DNA of 64,000 nucleotides from Octopus sinensis (taxonomy: Eukaryota): assembly GCF_006345805.1 (NCBI RefSeq), contig NC_043006.1:33480001-33544000 (forward strand), in the 5' to 3' direction. Both the position numbers and the translations under genes were made by a program. Below, piece after piece: positions 37,450 to 50,120 of the stretch. Position 1 is the first letter of the stretch. The number at the start of each line of letters is the position of its first letter. The notes under the pieces were generated by a model. That model saw only the letters and a list, made by a program, of their open reading frames with translations, was not told the DNA's origin and made no database searches.

Positions 37450-39120
37450 CTCTCACACACTTTTGTTAAAAAAGATTCTTCTAATAATTAGAGTTAATTA
37501 AAATCAAAACAAAGCAAAAATAACTTTCTTACCTTTGTATAAACCGCTGACTGAAGATGTTCCGGTTGCGGTGGTCCAGAAGACCTCCGGGGTTCAAAGT
37601 TATATCCTCGAAGAGGGGAAACTGAAAATATAGAGAAACCAATGATTACATATTGCTAATTACATTTAGTAGGGTTTTGTAATTTTACAACTGTTTCTGC
37701 TTTAAATATAAAAGCTGAAACATTAATATAATATTAATGTACATAAACGGGTTAAATAATTATTCACATTGCCAGATTATTGTTTATACCTCGCTGTTAA
37801 TGTAAACATTTCGATTGACTGTCAAGTTGTGAAAATAAATCCAGTTATGTTATGATTACTGACGAGATATACTCGAAATCAAGTTAAATATAATTAATTT
37901 TAAGAAGAGAAATTAAACTAAATGCAATCAATTTTAAGACAAGAAGTTTTTTCTGCGCTGAAGCAGTAGGCCCAGACTTAGGGAAAACTGAAATCTTACT
38001 CTAATTCAACAGAATTAAACCGCGACAGCTGGAAAGAAGGAAAAAGTGGGAAAAAAGGTAACTAAACAAAGTTACCTCCCTTAAATTACAATTATTTTTT
38101 ACTCCCACAACTGAAAGTACTTGATTAAAAATAAAAAAAAAGATCAATAAATAGGAAAACATTTCACTAATCATAACACTGAACACAAATGGTAGTTTGC
38201 CAAAAATTTGGCATTTGGTATATATGGAAACTGAGGGACATGTGCATTATAGAGATTCGTAGAAAAATAAAGTAAAACCTTGCAAGGGAATAAATCCTAC
38301 ATTTTATAATCAGATAAGTTTAGCCTAAGTCAAGCAGAATTGATATTTAAAAGAAGACCATCCCGTCAATTCAAGACTCGCCATAAATTTATTTAGAACT
38401 ATCCGATGTGTTCTTTCTTCACTGTTCTTTTCTCTTCGAAGACTGGTGTGATTTGCGATATATGGCTGCGGGCCGAAAGAACACATTGGTTTGTCTAATT
38501 AAAAAAAAACAAAAAACAAACAAACATCGCTAGCAGGTTTCATAACGACTGCTATATCTCACTTATCCATTTTTCTACTAGTTGCAAATCAATGAATTGA
38601 AAGGAAATGGAAGTGTACACACACACAAACAAGTTCGTTTGTTTAACGTCCGGTGCGTACTTCCACGTTAGCATGGTTAGGGCGGGGACTGATTTCAGGC
38701 ATTTTACATACACCTGCCCTTAGTGTCGTCAAACCTGACTTGCATTATTTCAAGTAAGGGATTATTCTATTTCACTAATCTTCAGAAATGCAGAGTAAGC
38801 AGTCGTAATGTCAACAAGAAATGCAAACATCACATCACCGTTTCGCTCAGGCAAATGACAAGCGGAGCTGAGAAATGTTAACAGCTGTCGCGCACGCGAG
38901 CGGACGGGCACACGATGGACCTCAAGTATTTCTGTCTCTATTCCACTTAAAAGACACTGGTTAATCCAGGGTTATAGAAGACACTTAACTAAAGTGCCAG
39001 GCATGCACGCGCGAGTGTATTATATGTACATTGATATATACACGTTAATACTTGCATCCATACATAAGCATAAATACACATACATGCGTGTGCGCGCACA
39101 CACATTTAAAGAAATGCACA
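37450..39120. promoter_or_regulatory. CpG-retaining island, candidate promoter / 5' gene region
   Basis: CpG is locally frequent (e.g. TGTCGCGCACGCGAGCGGACGGGCACACG near 38890) between CpG-depleted flanks; contains a candidate exon. Confidence 0.4.
37533..37621 (-). CDS. Candidate internal exon (89 nt) of an unidentified gene; likely frame SPLRGYNFEPRRSSGPPQPEHLQSAVYTK
   Basis: Acceptor TTTCTCTATATTTTCAG| and donor AAG|GTAAGA. GC-rich against AT-rich flanks. Two frames are open; the quoted one has A/T-rich third positions. Confidence 0.5.
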
Positions 39121-39679
39121 AACACACACGTATTCATACAGACATAAATGCATGTATGACTGAGTGGTTACAGAATTGGCTCTGTAATTGCATGGTGTCA
39201 TATTTCTGTCTCAAATAATGGTACCTTAGGCAAGTGGCCTCACTGTAGCTTTGAGTCAACCAATACATCCTGAGTGGAATTGGCGGATAAATACTCTTTG
39301 GAAGTCTGTTGTATGCACATATATGTTTGTGTGCGTGCGCACATGTGCATGTATGACCATGAACGTTGAAAGGTAATGTAAAACATTAGAGCACCATTTT
39401 TTGCTCAAAAATTGTCCTGTATGTCTGTACTTTTAAAGACAAAAGGAATAAAAATAAAAAACAAAGCAAAATTTCCCTTACTTGAAAAACAGACAAGTGC
39501 TTGTAACATGAAGTGCATCTGCTTATAAAACAATTCCAAGATAAGTATTGGTCCAAACTATGCTAATATGGAGAAGAAAAAGTGACGTCAAACGCATCAA
39601 TATGCATACATTACATATACACACAGATATTCACATATGCATATATATATACACATGTATACATATAATTGTAATACAG

Positions 39680-39850
39680 ATTCTTCAAGCTGAGCCAACT
39701 GGCAGGAGATCTAGGGGTAGACCAAAAATGAGATGTCTGGATCTCAGTTGGTCATGCATGGGAATCCAGCTGAAAAGCATAATGCTCTTGACAGGACTCA
39801 AGGAAGCCTAAGGACTCTACCTCAAGGACCTTACCAGGAATAATGAGCAC
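39680..39850 (+). mobile_element. LINE (RTE-like) 3' coding fragment
   Basis: ILQAEPTGRRSRGRPKMR..LDLSWSCMGIQ resembles the RTE C-terminal RGRP motif region. Confidence 0.6.
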
Positions 39851-39974
39851 AGAAGGTGGATAGATATATGCATATATTATACACCCATGCACATACTGTT
39901 CACATATACTTACACATACATGCACATATACACATACATACATATATGCACATATATACATGTGTATATGAATG

Positions 39975-40505
39975 AAGATAGTTTCAAGGTGCCGATCCCT
40001 AATTGCAGAGGGAACATATGAAATGAGTAGACCCCAGGAAGACGTGTGATGAAATGAGAAAGGATCTACAGACGTTGGGATTCACAGAGGAGATGCCAGG
40101 GGGCTGAGACTCCTGGCGGTGTGCTGTGCTAGAAAAGACACATCAAACTAAGTAAAGGCGTGTTTATCCTCACACACAGGCTTGTCCCTTGTAACTATCT
40201 CCAGCTGAGGATCCCTAATCTTGCAGGCTTGTAGGTGCTGGTGCCATGTACAAAGCACTCAGTATACTCTGTAAAGTGTAAAAGCACTCAGTATACTCTG
40301 TAAAGTGTAAAAGCACTCAGTATACTCTGTAAAGTGTAAAAGCACTCAGTATACTCTGTAAAGTGGTTGGTGTTAAAAAGGGCATCCAGCCATAGAAACC
40401 ATGCCAAAAGAGACAGGGAGCCTGAACAGCACCTCAGCTCCTGTCAAACCATCCAGCCCATGCCAGCATGGAAAATGGATGTTAAATGATGATGATGATG
40501 ATGAT
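39975..40505 (+). mobile_element. RTE LINE 3' end with tail
   Basis: RCRSLIAEG..SRPRKT..RKDLQTLG..AVLEKTHQTK* followed by the standard tail ending in (GAT)n. Confidence 0.85.
40252..40365. repeat. 29-bp tandem repeat x4 inside the RTE tail
   Basis: AAAGCACTCAGTATACTCTGTAAAGTGTA starts at 40252, 40281, 40310 and 40339. Confidence 0.95.
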
Positions 40506-41032
40506 ACCTATCACAAACATACATGTATAACACACACACATGCATATATAATTTTAAAATCTAACATAAAAATATTATATAAAACTCACAAATTACACTA
40601 ATTTATTCACTAGAAAAATGTCAAAATAAGTCTCTGAAATTTCCAAGCAATTGTGACAAAACATTTCACTTTCAATTTCTTAACTTTGCTTTTTACCCTT
40701 TTGGGGTTGATAAAATAAGTAACAAGTTGAGCGCTGGGGGTTGATGTAATCGACTTATCTCATCCTGAAAATACTGGCCTTGTGCCAAAACTTTGAAACC
40801 AATTTATTAGCCAAGATTTAAATACACCTTACTACCAATATATACTGACAATATTCACTAATAATACTGAAAAGTCTATTGGTTATGAGTAAGTAAAAGA
40901 GAAATATAGGATTTGGAAACTGGACATTGTCTGCAACCCCATGCAAGAGGATGTCTTACAGTCCAATAAAGATGACAGAGGGTAGAGTGATAATTGAGGG
41001 TGATGTGGTTAATGTTCAGCCTGAAATATTGC

Positions 41033-41081
<49 letters not shown>

Positions 41082-41419
41082 CTAGAAAGTATTGAAGCTA
41101 TGTAAAGGAACAGAGAATAGGTAAATATATTTAATGTGAATCTTAAGAAATCTCTTAAGGATAGAGGTAGGTGGAAATGTGTGAATTTTAAAAGTTCAAA
41201 GGAACAGAAACCATTGTAATATGGAACTGCCAGAATTGCTACCATTTCTAACAAAATGCCTTGCAGTGTTTAGTCATGCCACAAGTTCTAGTCATCTAAT
41301 CCTACCAAAATTGACTGTGTTGTTAATTTACAGAAGAGGTAAACATGAGTAAAAGTACTGTCAGTCTAATCAAGTATACATTCCCTCTGGCATGTGTAAC
41401 TTGTATCCATCTTAAAAAG

Positions 41420-41670
41420 AAAGCATCAAAGGTCCTTCCTGAGTTTTAGGCTCATAAGGCCGGTTTCCCAGATTCTGTGGCATATATTCTCCACCTGGAC
41501 AAGATGCTGGTCTGTTACAGGAGTATTTATTTTTGCCAGCTGAGTGGACAGGAACAACGTGAAATGAAGTGTTTTGCTCAAAAACACAATGTATCATTAT
41601 CCAGTCCAGGAATTGAAACCACAATCTTACGATCATAAGTGCAACACTAACTACTTAGCCACACACCTCT
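41420..41670 (-). mobile_element. tRNA-headed SINE
   Basis: TTTTGCCAGCTGAGTGGAC..TGAAGTGTTTTGCTCAA..GGAATTGAAACC; a similar copy is at about 44175-44397. Confidence 0.75.
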
Positions 41671-41984
41671 TTGTATTCATCTTAGAAAGCAATAATGGTA
41701 GCAGAGGAAATAGAGAAATGCAGCAGCTTCCTCATGGTTAAAGTTAGATAATTGTGAAGTGCTTGTATGGAAACAAGTTGACAGAAATGTAAATTTTAAA
41801 ATTTTGCATTAAGTGATGAGCATCACCTGAAGCTACCAGTGAAATAATTTGATAGAATTTCAATATTTGTTTTAATGTAATTTTAAGGTGTGCAAAAAAC
41901 ATTAAGGAAATTATTTCTTTTAATAAATAATAACAATTCAGCTTCACGGAGGCAATCACCGAGACCTTTGGCATTATGTTGTAC

Positions 41985-42203
41985 ATGAGAAGAACCCAAG
42001 CAAAATCGTAGTTGTGGCAAATACTGATGTCATGCAAACGGCACCTGTGCCGGTGGCACGTAAAAGCACCCATTACACTCTCAGAGTGGTTGGCATTAGG
42101 AAGGGCATCCAGCCATAGAAAACTATGCCGAATCAGACTGGAGTTTGGTGCAGCCCAACCCATGCCAGCATGGACAATGAATGTTAAATGATGATGATGA
42201 TGA
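41985..42203 (+). mobile_element. RTE-tail short element
   Basis: GTGGCACGTAAAAGCACCCATTACACTC...CCAACCCATGCCAGCATGG..TTAAATGATGATGAT. Confidence 0.8.
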
Positions 42204-42583
42204 CTAGGAATTCTTTCTACAATAGGCTGAAACTTGAGGAGCGGGAGTTAGCTGATAACATAATAGTTTATGATTTAGGGAAAAAGCTAGCAGTTTTGAG
42301 AGAAGGGGAAGGGATTAGGTGATATCATCAACCTTAGTACTTGAACTGGTACTTAATGTTATCAACCCCAGATGGATGACAGGCAGTAATACATCCATTT
42401 TCCATGTCCCCATTGTTTGGATGGATCTCTTCCAGTACAACATCTTGTCACTTTCCATGGTCTTTTGTCCTTCATCATCTGATATACACACACAAAAACA
42501 CTTCAATCATTTGTTGTGCAAGTAATGTATTTCTAAAATTGTTTCTGCAGCTGTAAGTCCTTTCTATCTCCTACTACTTTACA

Positions 42584-42631
<48 letters not shown>

Positions 42632-42634
<3 letters not shown>

Positions 42635-42913
42635 GACTGATCGACCAGGCTATCAGATGTTGCTACACATCGCTGGTCACAATGCGCTTTGCATTGTTTT
42701 AGCCTTCAAATGACACCACCCCACTGGCTAAGCAAGCAGGCCAACAGAAGAAAGAGTGAGAGAAAGTTGTGACGAAAGAGTACAGCAGGGATCGCCACCA
42801 CCCCTTGCTGGAGCCTTGTGGAGCTTTAGATGTTTTCACTCAATAAACACTCACAATGCCCAGTCTGGGAATCGAAACCGCGAGTCTGCTGCCCTAACCA
42901 GTGGACCATTGTG

Positions 42914-42917
<4 letters not shown>
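42632..42917 (-). mobile_element. tRNA-headed SINE, family D, between (TA)n tracts
   Basis: Minus-strand head GGCACAATGGTCCACTGGTTAGGG..GGTTTCGATTCCC (A/B boxes); (TA)n on both sides. Confidence 0.8.
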
Positions 42918-43003
<86 letters not shown>

Positions 43004-43045
43004 GTCCAACCCATGCTAGCATGGAAAACGGACGCTAAATGATGA

Positions 43046-43087
<42 letters not shown>

Positions 43088-44411
43088 GATGCATTTTATC
43101 ATGCCACTAGCATTAGAGAGGTTGTTTGCCAGTATTAAATACTGCCTATACTCTATATAAATATATATTGTGTTACTGCTATTACTGCAATTTGCGGACT
43201 CAATTACTTTATTGTGTGTGTGTACACACACTGAATTTGCTAATAAGTTGCACTATTTTATACTTGATTTTAACTGTCGAGTTTGAATATGAAGGGAAAA
43301 GATTTTGTCCTAAGATTTAACCCTGAATTAGGAGTGTGACTTATGAGTAAAAGCAGTATTTATATAATCGCTAGTTGCCTTCTTCTACTGAATAAGGATT
43401 TGGTTAATTCACTATTAACAAAACATGAAATTAAAGTGTCAAGTGACTCAATAATTACAAAAATGTTTTAGAGTAAACAAACAGTAAGAAGGTCAGGCAA
43501 AAAAAAAAAAAAACAAGCAGTTAACATTACTCATAGGTGATAGTATCATATATATGTTATGAAGACAGTGAAATAATTCCCATATTATAGCTGTTATCAC
43601 AAAATATGCTTAATGCACGCGTTTATAATAGGGAGTCTTAACTTATGACATGTGTAATTTACTTCAAACAATTGACTTCTTGGTTGTGACCTGTATTACT
43701 TCAACAGAACCACTTACTACATTTAACAACCAGTCAGCCATGCAGATTAATGTAACACAATTCCAACTAGGGCAGCTGTGTAACAAAGAACTTATTAAAA
43801 ACAAAACAACTTCTTTAAGCATCGTTTTTCTTTTAATTTGTATAGTTATTTTTAAAAATCATCTTAACTAAGTTTCAAGAGTAAAAAACAACAAAAATGT
43901 ATTCAATATTTATATCAAAAGTATATTAATTTTCCCTCCAGATTACATAAACTTCTGCATTATATAATAATACCCCCCAATCAGGTCTATGGATAGATTT
44001 CATGTCAAGGCTTGAATTACAAATAAAAACTATTACATTAGTTAAATGTAAAGAGTTAGGAGTTGGGGTTGGAATAAAAGAAATCTTCAAATTACTTTCT
44101 GGTAAAATGTAAGACAGAGTAAATAATTAAGTATATACCAAGTATTAAAATGGTTGGTTAGTCTACATTTCTCTGTGAGGAGTATAAGGCTGGTTTCCTC
44201 GTTTCTCTGGCGTATGTATATTCCTCCCTGAATGGGATGCTGGTCTGATGCAGGGTTGCTTCTTTTTACCAGCTGAGTGGACTGGAGCAGTATAAAATAA
44301 AGTGTTTTGCTCAAGAATACATTGCCTGGTGCTGGGATTGAAACCAATCTTCTGATCACGAGCGCAACACCTGGACTTCTAAGCTATGTACCTCCACTAA
44401 GTCAAATATAA

Positions 44412-44603
44412 TGGTTTCAAATTTTGGCACAAGGCCAGTTATTTCAGAGGAAAGGGATTACATTGACCTCAGTGCTCAAATGGTACTTATTTTATAGACC
44501 TTGAAAGGATGAAAGGCAAAGTTGACCTTGGCAGAATTTGAACTCACAATGTACAGACAGACGAAATGCCAGTATGTTAAAGATGCAGGTAGCTCACTAC
44601 CTT
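44412..44603 (-). mobile_element. SINE, family B
   Basis: TTTCAAATTTTGGCACAAGGCCAG..GGTACTTATTTTAT..GAAAGGCAAAGTTGACCT. Confidence 0.75.
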
Positions 44604-45348
44604 AGGTATTAAAATAGGTTTCCCAAACTGTAAAGCCTCATAAAAGCAATGAAAAATAAATCTTAGATAAAATTTCTATTTAGTACAGAAGATGTTCCCA
44701 CGTATTACAACTAGGCAACTCATTAACAAATTTTTGTAACGTAATTTGTAACAGCATTTTTGTTAGAAGACAACACGGTCCGTACTGATGTTAGATTTGA
44801 CAAGCAATAATATTTAGACAGATAAAAGAAAGATTTATTGGCAGGACTCAAATCACATAGATTGCTCAGCAAATGATAGATATGCAGTTCAAGTCTCATC
44901 ACGTTCCTCTTTTCTGTCCAAGTAGTATGTATAATGTGTAATATAATTTCCATTAAAATTTTAGTAGTTAATAAAAGCAAATTCATAATGTTTTGAAATG
45001 TGTATTGCAACGCTATGTTTTTAAGACAAGCTTTATCAGAACAACAAAGATAAAGTTAACGAACATATCTTAGATATTTATTTATGTTGTTTATCATTTA
45101 TTTCACTGCATGGGTGTGATGGTTAATCTTTATGAAAGTGAAATATTTACTTAACTTTCGAGGAAAATATTTTGTTTTCATTTTTAAACTGCTTAATGCA
45201 AAATTAATTAAGATTCAACCACACTGATTTATCTGTTACAAAAATGAATAGAAGAGAGTGACAAGTTTCTTCATTTAGTTAATATCAGAAACCAATGGTT
45301 TCTCTTCATTAGGAATAAAAGTGTAGTTTAAATGAGGTTGTTATTAAT

Positions 45349-45687
45349 AGGTACAAGCATGGCTGTGTGGTTAAAAAATTTGCTTCCTAACCACATGGTT
45401 CCAGGTTCAGTTCCACTGTATAGCACCTTGGCCAAATGTCTTCTACTATAGCCATAGGCTGACCAAAACCCTGTAAGTGGAATTAGCAGATGGAAACTGA
45501 AAGAATCCCATTGTGTGTGTGTGTTACAACAGGTGTTGGTTTGTTTATGTCCCTGTAACCTAATTGTTCAGTAAAAGAGACTGATAGAAAAAGTATCAGA
45601 TATATAGAAAAAAAGAAAATATGTACTGGGGATGATTTGCTTGACCAAAATCCTTCAAGGCAGTACGGCTGCAGTTCAATGACTAAC
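45349..45687 (+). mobile_element. tRNA-headed SINE, family A
   Basis: GCATGGCTGTGTGGTT..CAGGTTCAGTTCCAC..AAATGTCTTCTACTATAGCC..GGAAACTGAAAG; another copy at about 46192-46345. Confidence 0.85.
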
Positions 45688-46346
45688 AATTTTGTAATGT
45701 TGTGTGTAAACTTTCTAGTATAAAGTTATATTCATTTTAAGAAAGGTAGCATTGTACTGCAATAAACTTCAAAATCACGAATTCTGATATTTGCAAGTAG
45801 CTTAATTTTTGGGAAAGGAGCATAATCAATTAATTTTGTCAAACAGAGTATTTGACTGGTATCCATGTTATTGCCCTTGGAAGATTGACAGGTCAAGTTG
45901 ACCTTGGCAAGATCAAGGTGTTTTGTCTTGCTAATCTACCAGCAGCAAACAACAAACAAACAAACAAAAAAATTGTTTTTTTTTAATAGAGAATTATTTG
46001 TGCTAATCTAATGCAATATCCACAGGGTCTAGAGTAGTTCAACACTATATATTATTCAGTTATTTTTCAGAGGTTTTGGGAAAAAGGAAAAAAGACTAAG
46101 CAATAATTTTGCCTTCCTCATGATAAAATGATGTGAAGCTGAGTTGCAAAGACAATTACTTCCACAAGAATTAATACATTTAGTGTTTATGTGCACAGGT
46201 GTGGCTGGGCAGTAGGAATGTTTTCAAACCACCTGGTTTCAGATTCAGTTTGATTGTGTGGTACATTTGGCTTGAACTATAGCCAAGGGCCAACCAAAGC
46301 CTAGTGACTGGATGGATTTGATAGACAGAAACTGAAAGAACCTCCT

Positions 46347-46382
<36 letters not shown>

Positions 46383-46517
46383 AAATACAAAATGGGACAA
46401 GAATGCAAAACATCCAGATAGATGATACAAAAAAACAAGGACGGGTCATTCGAAGCTATCTATCCTCAGTCAAGAACTGGATCATCCTCGCAATTTCGGC
46501 TGATTAATCTTGATTAA

Positions 46518-46565
<48 letters not shown>

Positions 46566-46571
46566 TACATA

Positions 46572-47260
46572 CAGGGTGTTTCAAATGTCTATGCCACATT
46601 CTAAGAACTCTTATACCATGAACTACAAATGGTAGCATGATTGAACTGGTACCATTTAAAAGTTAAAAGTCTCAAATTTTTGTTTTTTTTCTCTTTTCAG
46701 ATCCAGTTATGTCATTCACAAAACGAGATGTCATTTCGCATCCTAGAATACACTAAAACTGAGTCATGGACATGTTCAAGCAAATTTCGCACAACATTTA
46801 TCAAGCCGGTATCAGACAAACATTTCATTTTGAATCGGCAAGCAAAATTTCAGGAGGAGGGGTGTTTGTGCTCAGCAAAAGAGAACAGGATGTTCCTGTG
46901 CAAAATTCATGGTGAATAGGTTTATCAGTGTCCTCCAACTGTTGAACCAATTGCAGTTTGTATGGTGTGACCAGAAGTCTTCTCTAAGATATCATGCCAA
47001 ACAGTTGTTGATGGGAGCTGAAGTTCTCGATTGGGTATTCTGACTGATTCTGGGGCTGTGCTGGAAGGCTTGCCAAACTTGTTCAACCATATCATCTGAA
47101 GTTGAGGGGCATCCTGTTCTCTCTGCCAGACACAAACACCCATCCTTCTTAAATTTTGCCTGCCTATTCAAAATGGAACATCTGTCTGGTGCCTGCTTGG
47201 TAAATGGTGTACAAAATTTGCATTGAACACATATGCAGGATTCATGAAGGGCATACAAAG
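46572..47260. mobile_element. Tc1/mariner-superfamily remnant with two convergent transposase 5' fragments
   Basis: Left end TA-CAGGGTGTTTC. Plus strand ILNRQAKFQEEGCLC; minus strand ILNRQAKFKKDGCLCLAERTGCPSTSDDMVEQVWQAFQHSP..ELQLPSTTVWHDIL. Confidence 0.8.
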
Positions 47261-47424
47261 AAAGTATGCAAAAAATTCAAATACTAAACTTTGTCCTATG
47301 ACCACGACGTTTTCGAACTGACAATCACTATGTTCCCTTGAAAACTACAATTTTCATTTTGCCCCACTCTCTTTATTGACGAAGAAACAATAGTTTGCAT
47401 CCATATATGATGAACTTTTTATAT

Positions 47425-47725
47425 ACAGTGCTCAGGTGCACTACAACTCATCATAAAAAATTACCAAAAGTGCATGTACAGTATATAGAATAATGCACAG
47501 AAAGTGAACAAGTCAGTTAAAAGAAAAATAAAAGGGTGGAGGATCAGGTGTACTATTGGTGAATTTCAGGAAGCACGTGAGTTTTGAAGTGTCCCAATAA
47601 TTAACAACTGATGCTGGTAGTTTATTCCATGCTTCAACAATTCTGAACATGAAAATATGTTTCTGAAAGTCATGAGTGCTGTGTTTTTCTGATTTTGTAA
47701 GCATGTCTACGAGTGTTAGACGTAT
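47425..47725 (-). mobile_element. CR1-type LINE 3' end
   Basis: HDFQKHIFMFRIVEAWNKLPASVV matches the CR1/L2 C-terminal FF..RVV..WN.LP..VV motif. Confidence 0.75.
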
Positions 47726-47870
47726 GGACGTTCTTTGTCATAATGTTGGACTATTTTAAAAGTTAAAGGAAAAAAAAGATCTCACTTTTTATTAAAAACT
47801 GACCAAAGTATTTACATTATAATCGTAGAAGACACTTACTGACGATTGGACAGTAAACTGACCGAAACTC

Positions 47871-48212
47871 TTATCTTTAGTCACTGGATTGTGGCCATTC
47901 TGGGGCACTGCCTTGAAGGATTTAATGGAACAAGTCGCTCCCAGTACTTATTCTATTGGTTTTTGTTGTTGAACCCCTAAGTTACAGGGACACAAACAAA
48001 CCAACACCGGTTGTCAAGTAGTGGTGGTAGGGCAAACACATATACATGCACGACGGGTCTCCACACTGTTTCCATCTACCAGACTCGTTCACAAGGCATT
48101 GGTCGACCCGGATCCATAGTAGAAGACACTTGCTCAAAATTCTGTGCAGTGAGACTGAACCCGGAACCAAGTAGTTGAAAAGTGAATTTCTTAACCGCGA
48201 TGATAACCATGT
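47871..48212 (-). mobile_element. tRNA-headed SINE, family A
   Basis: Same blocks as 8330-8660, with more CpGs retained. Confidence 0.85.
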
Positions 48213-48802
48213 ATTTTTAAAATACATTAAAAACAAGGTGAAATAATCAGGAAATTTATCATCCAAATTCCTTTAGATTTCACCACTGAAAATATTTAGG
48301 AGGTTGTTCAACGATGCATATGTTTACATTTCCCGATTCCCCATCCCTGTATATGTCTAAGATCGAATTACAGCAGTCTAAACACCGAAGCATGATGCCG
48401 CGGGCTTTGTAACAAAGAATTAAAGTATCTCTGCATGTATCCCTCCCGCCAGTCAGTAATTCTATTCTTCCAATTGTTGCACAAATGTAGATAACATCAG
48501 TAACTAGAATACTTTTATTCAGAATTAAGAGGGGGGGGGAAAGCAGATCTTGTGCATTACTTTTTCAGCCTACATACAATTCTAGGAATGTTATAACCTT
48601 GTCTGCGAACGACGGACGGTCTAGGGATGTTTAGGAGAAAATATACTCACATTAAACAAAACTTACTATTCTATTCCACTAACTAGTCATATGACCAAGA
48701 TTTATCAGAAATAAATGAAAATAAAGAAGCTTAATTTTATTGGTTTAGTACAATGAAGTTTTCGTTAAAATTATAGAATTATTTTTTAAAAGAACAATTT
48801 TT

Positions 48803-48897
48803 TTAAACGGTTGAACCCAAAGTAAATAAAGCTATAAATAATAGGATAAAAAACATAGTGATCAGAAAAAGTCGAAGACTGCCTTCTAAAGCCCCAA
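48803..48897 (-). CDS. Weak candidate terminal exon encoding a hydrophobic tail GALEGSLRLFLITMFFILLFIALFTLGSTV*
   Basis: Acceptor CTTTCATTTATTTACAG|, open frame to TAA, and AATAAA about 60-65 nt downstream; no upstream partner exon identified. Confidence 0.25.
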
Positions 48898-50088
48898 CTG
48901 TAAATAAATGAAAGTGAAGATGGAACTGAAGAGAAGCTAATTTCCAGTAACTTGACAAGTGACTGCTCTGATAAAATATAACTTCATCTGTATGCACTCA
49001 CATTCATAATGAATTTATAAGATACGGAGGCCAATTACAGTTTGGCAAGGGCAAAAGCGACAGAATCGACAATAATATTTTAGTGTAAACAAGGGTTCTT
49101 TATTTCGTCAATCTACTAGAAATGACAGCCAAATCTCCCCCAAATCACAACCCTACCACCTTGGAAACATTAGACAATGTAGTCCTAGACTTATAAAAAA
49201 GACGAGTCGGTCATGACTAGAACGCTTTTGAGCACAAGTCTGCAGCAGCATGATGACTAACTTGGGTCTTATTTAAACAACTGTTATTCTATGTACTAAA
49301 AAAAAAAAACAAATAAAAAAAAACCCAACTCAGGCCGTAGAGGGACTACTAATTCAAAGGTAATTAACCAATGCAAATCTTAGTCTGGTTTTAAATAAAA
49401 ATCCGAAGTATATTTCAGCTTGATAAAAAATCAATAAATATGTGACATTGTGCAAGTTAGAAATCTGTATCGTTATTAATAATTTAAAAAACACAACAAA
49501 AAACACGCAATCACTATTAGAGCACTCGAGTCAACAAATCTGGTAAAGAGAAGGGAGATATTTTAATATTTATTTACGAAAATTAGCTACGTTTATAAAC
49601 GTAAATGGCAATGTTTTCACTTCGGTAAAAATTTATTAGGAAACAGAATTATATTATAGATTGTCATATGAAAAGAACATGAATGTTAAATAACCCTCCA
49701 ATGAAGCTGTTTAGCCCTAGTACCAGACCTGATCAAGCAAACCTGTGATTTAAGACAGTCTAGTCATAGCCATTCAGTGTTTTTTAATTTTTTTTTTTTT
49801 TAGGAATATGCAAGTCTAGATTATCTAATTGTTTTTCTTTCCTTATTTAAAAATGATAGAATGTGATCTGAAGGAAACTTGGCTGCTATTTTTAGCATGT
49901 AGAGTGAGCACGTAGAGATTCTCCCTCCCCCCTCCCACGTCAAAAATATACATTGTTTGCGTGCGCGCATTTCCAGTTTCGACTTGTAACCGAAAACTCC
50001 ACCACACAGACACAATTGTTATATAGATAAACATAAGCAAATTTAACTCGACACTTGCCAAATTCGACAAGGAAATAAACAATAATAT

Positions 50089-50120
<32 letters not shown>

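Noticed and set aside
42756-43231. ORFs with IYIYIY runs (and similar HTHT/RERE ORFs elsewhere)
   Set aside because: These are translations of dinucleotide microsatellites and SINE fragments.
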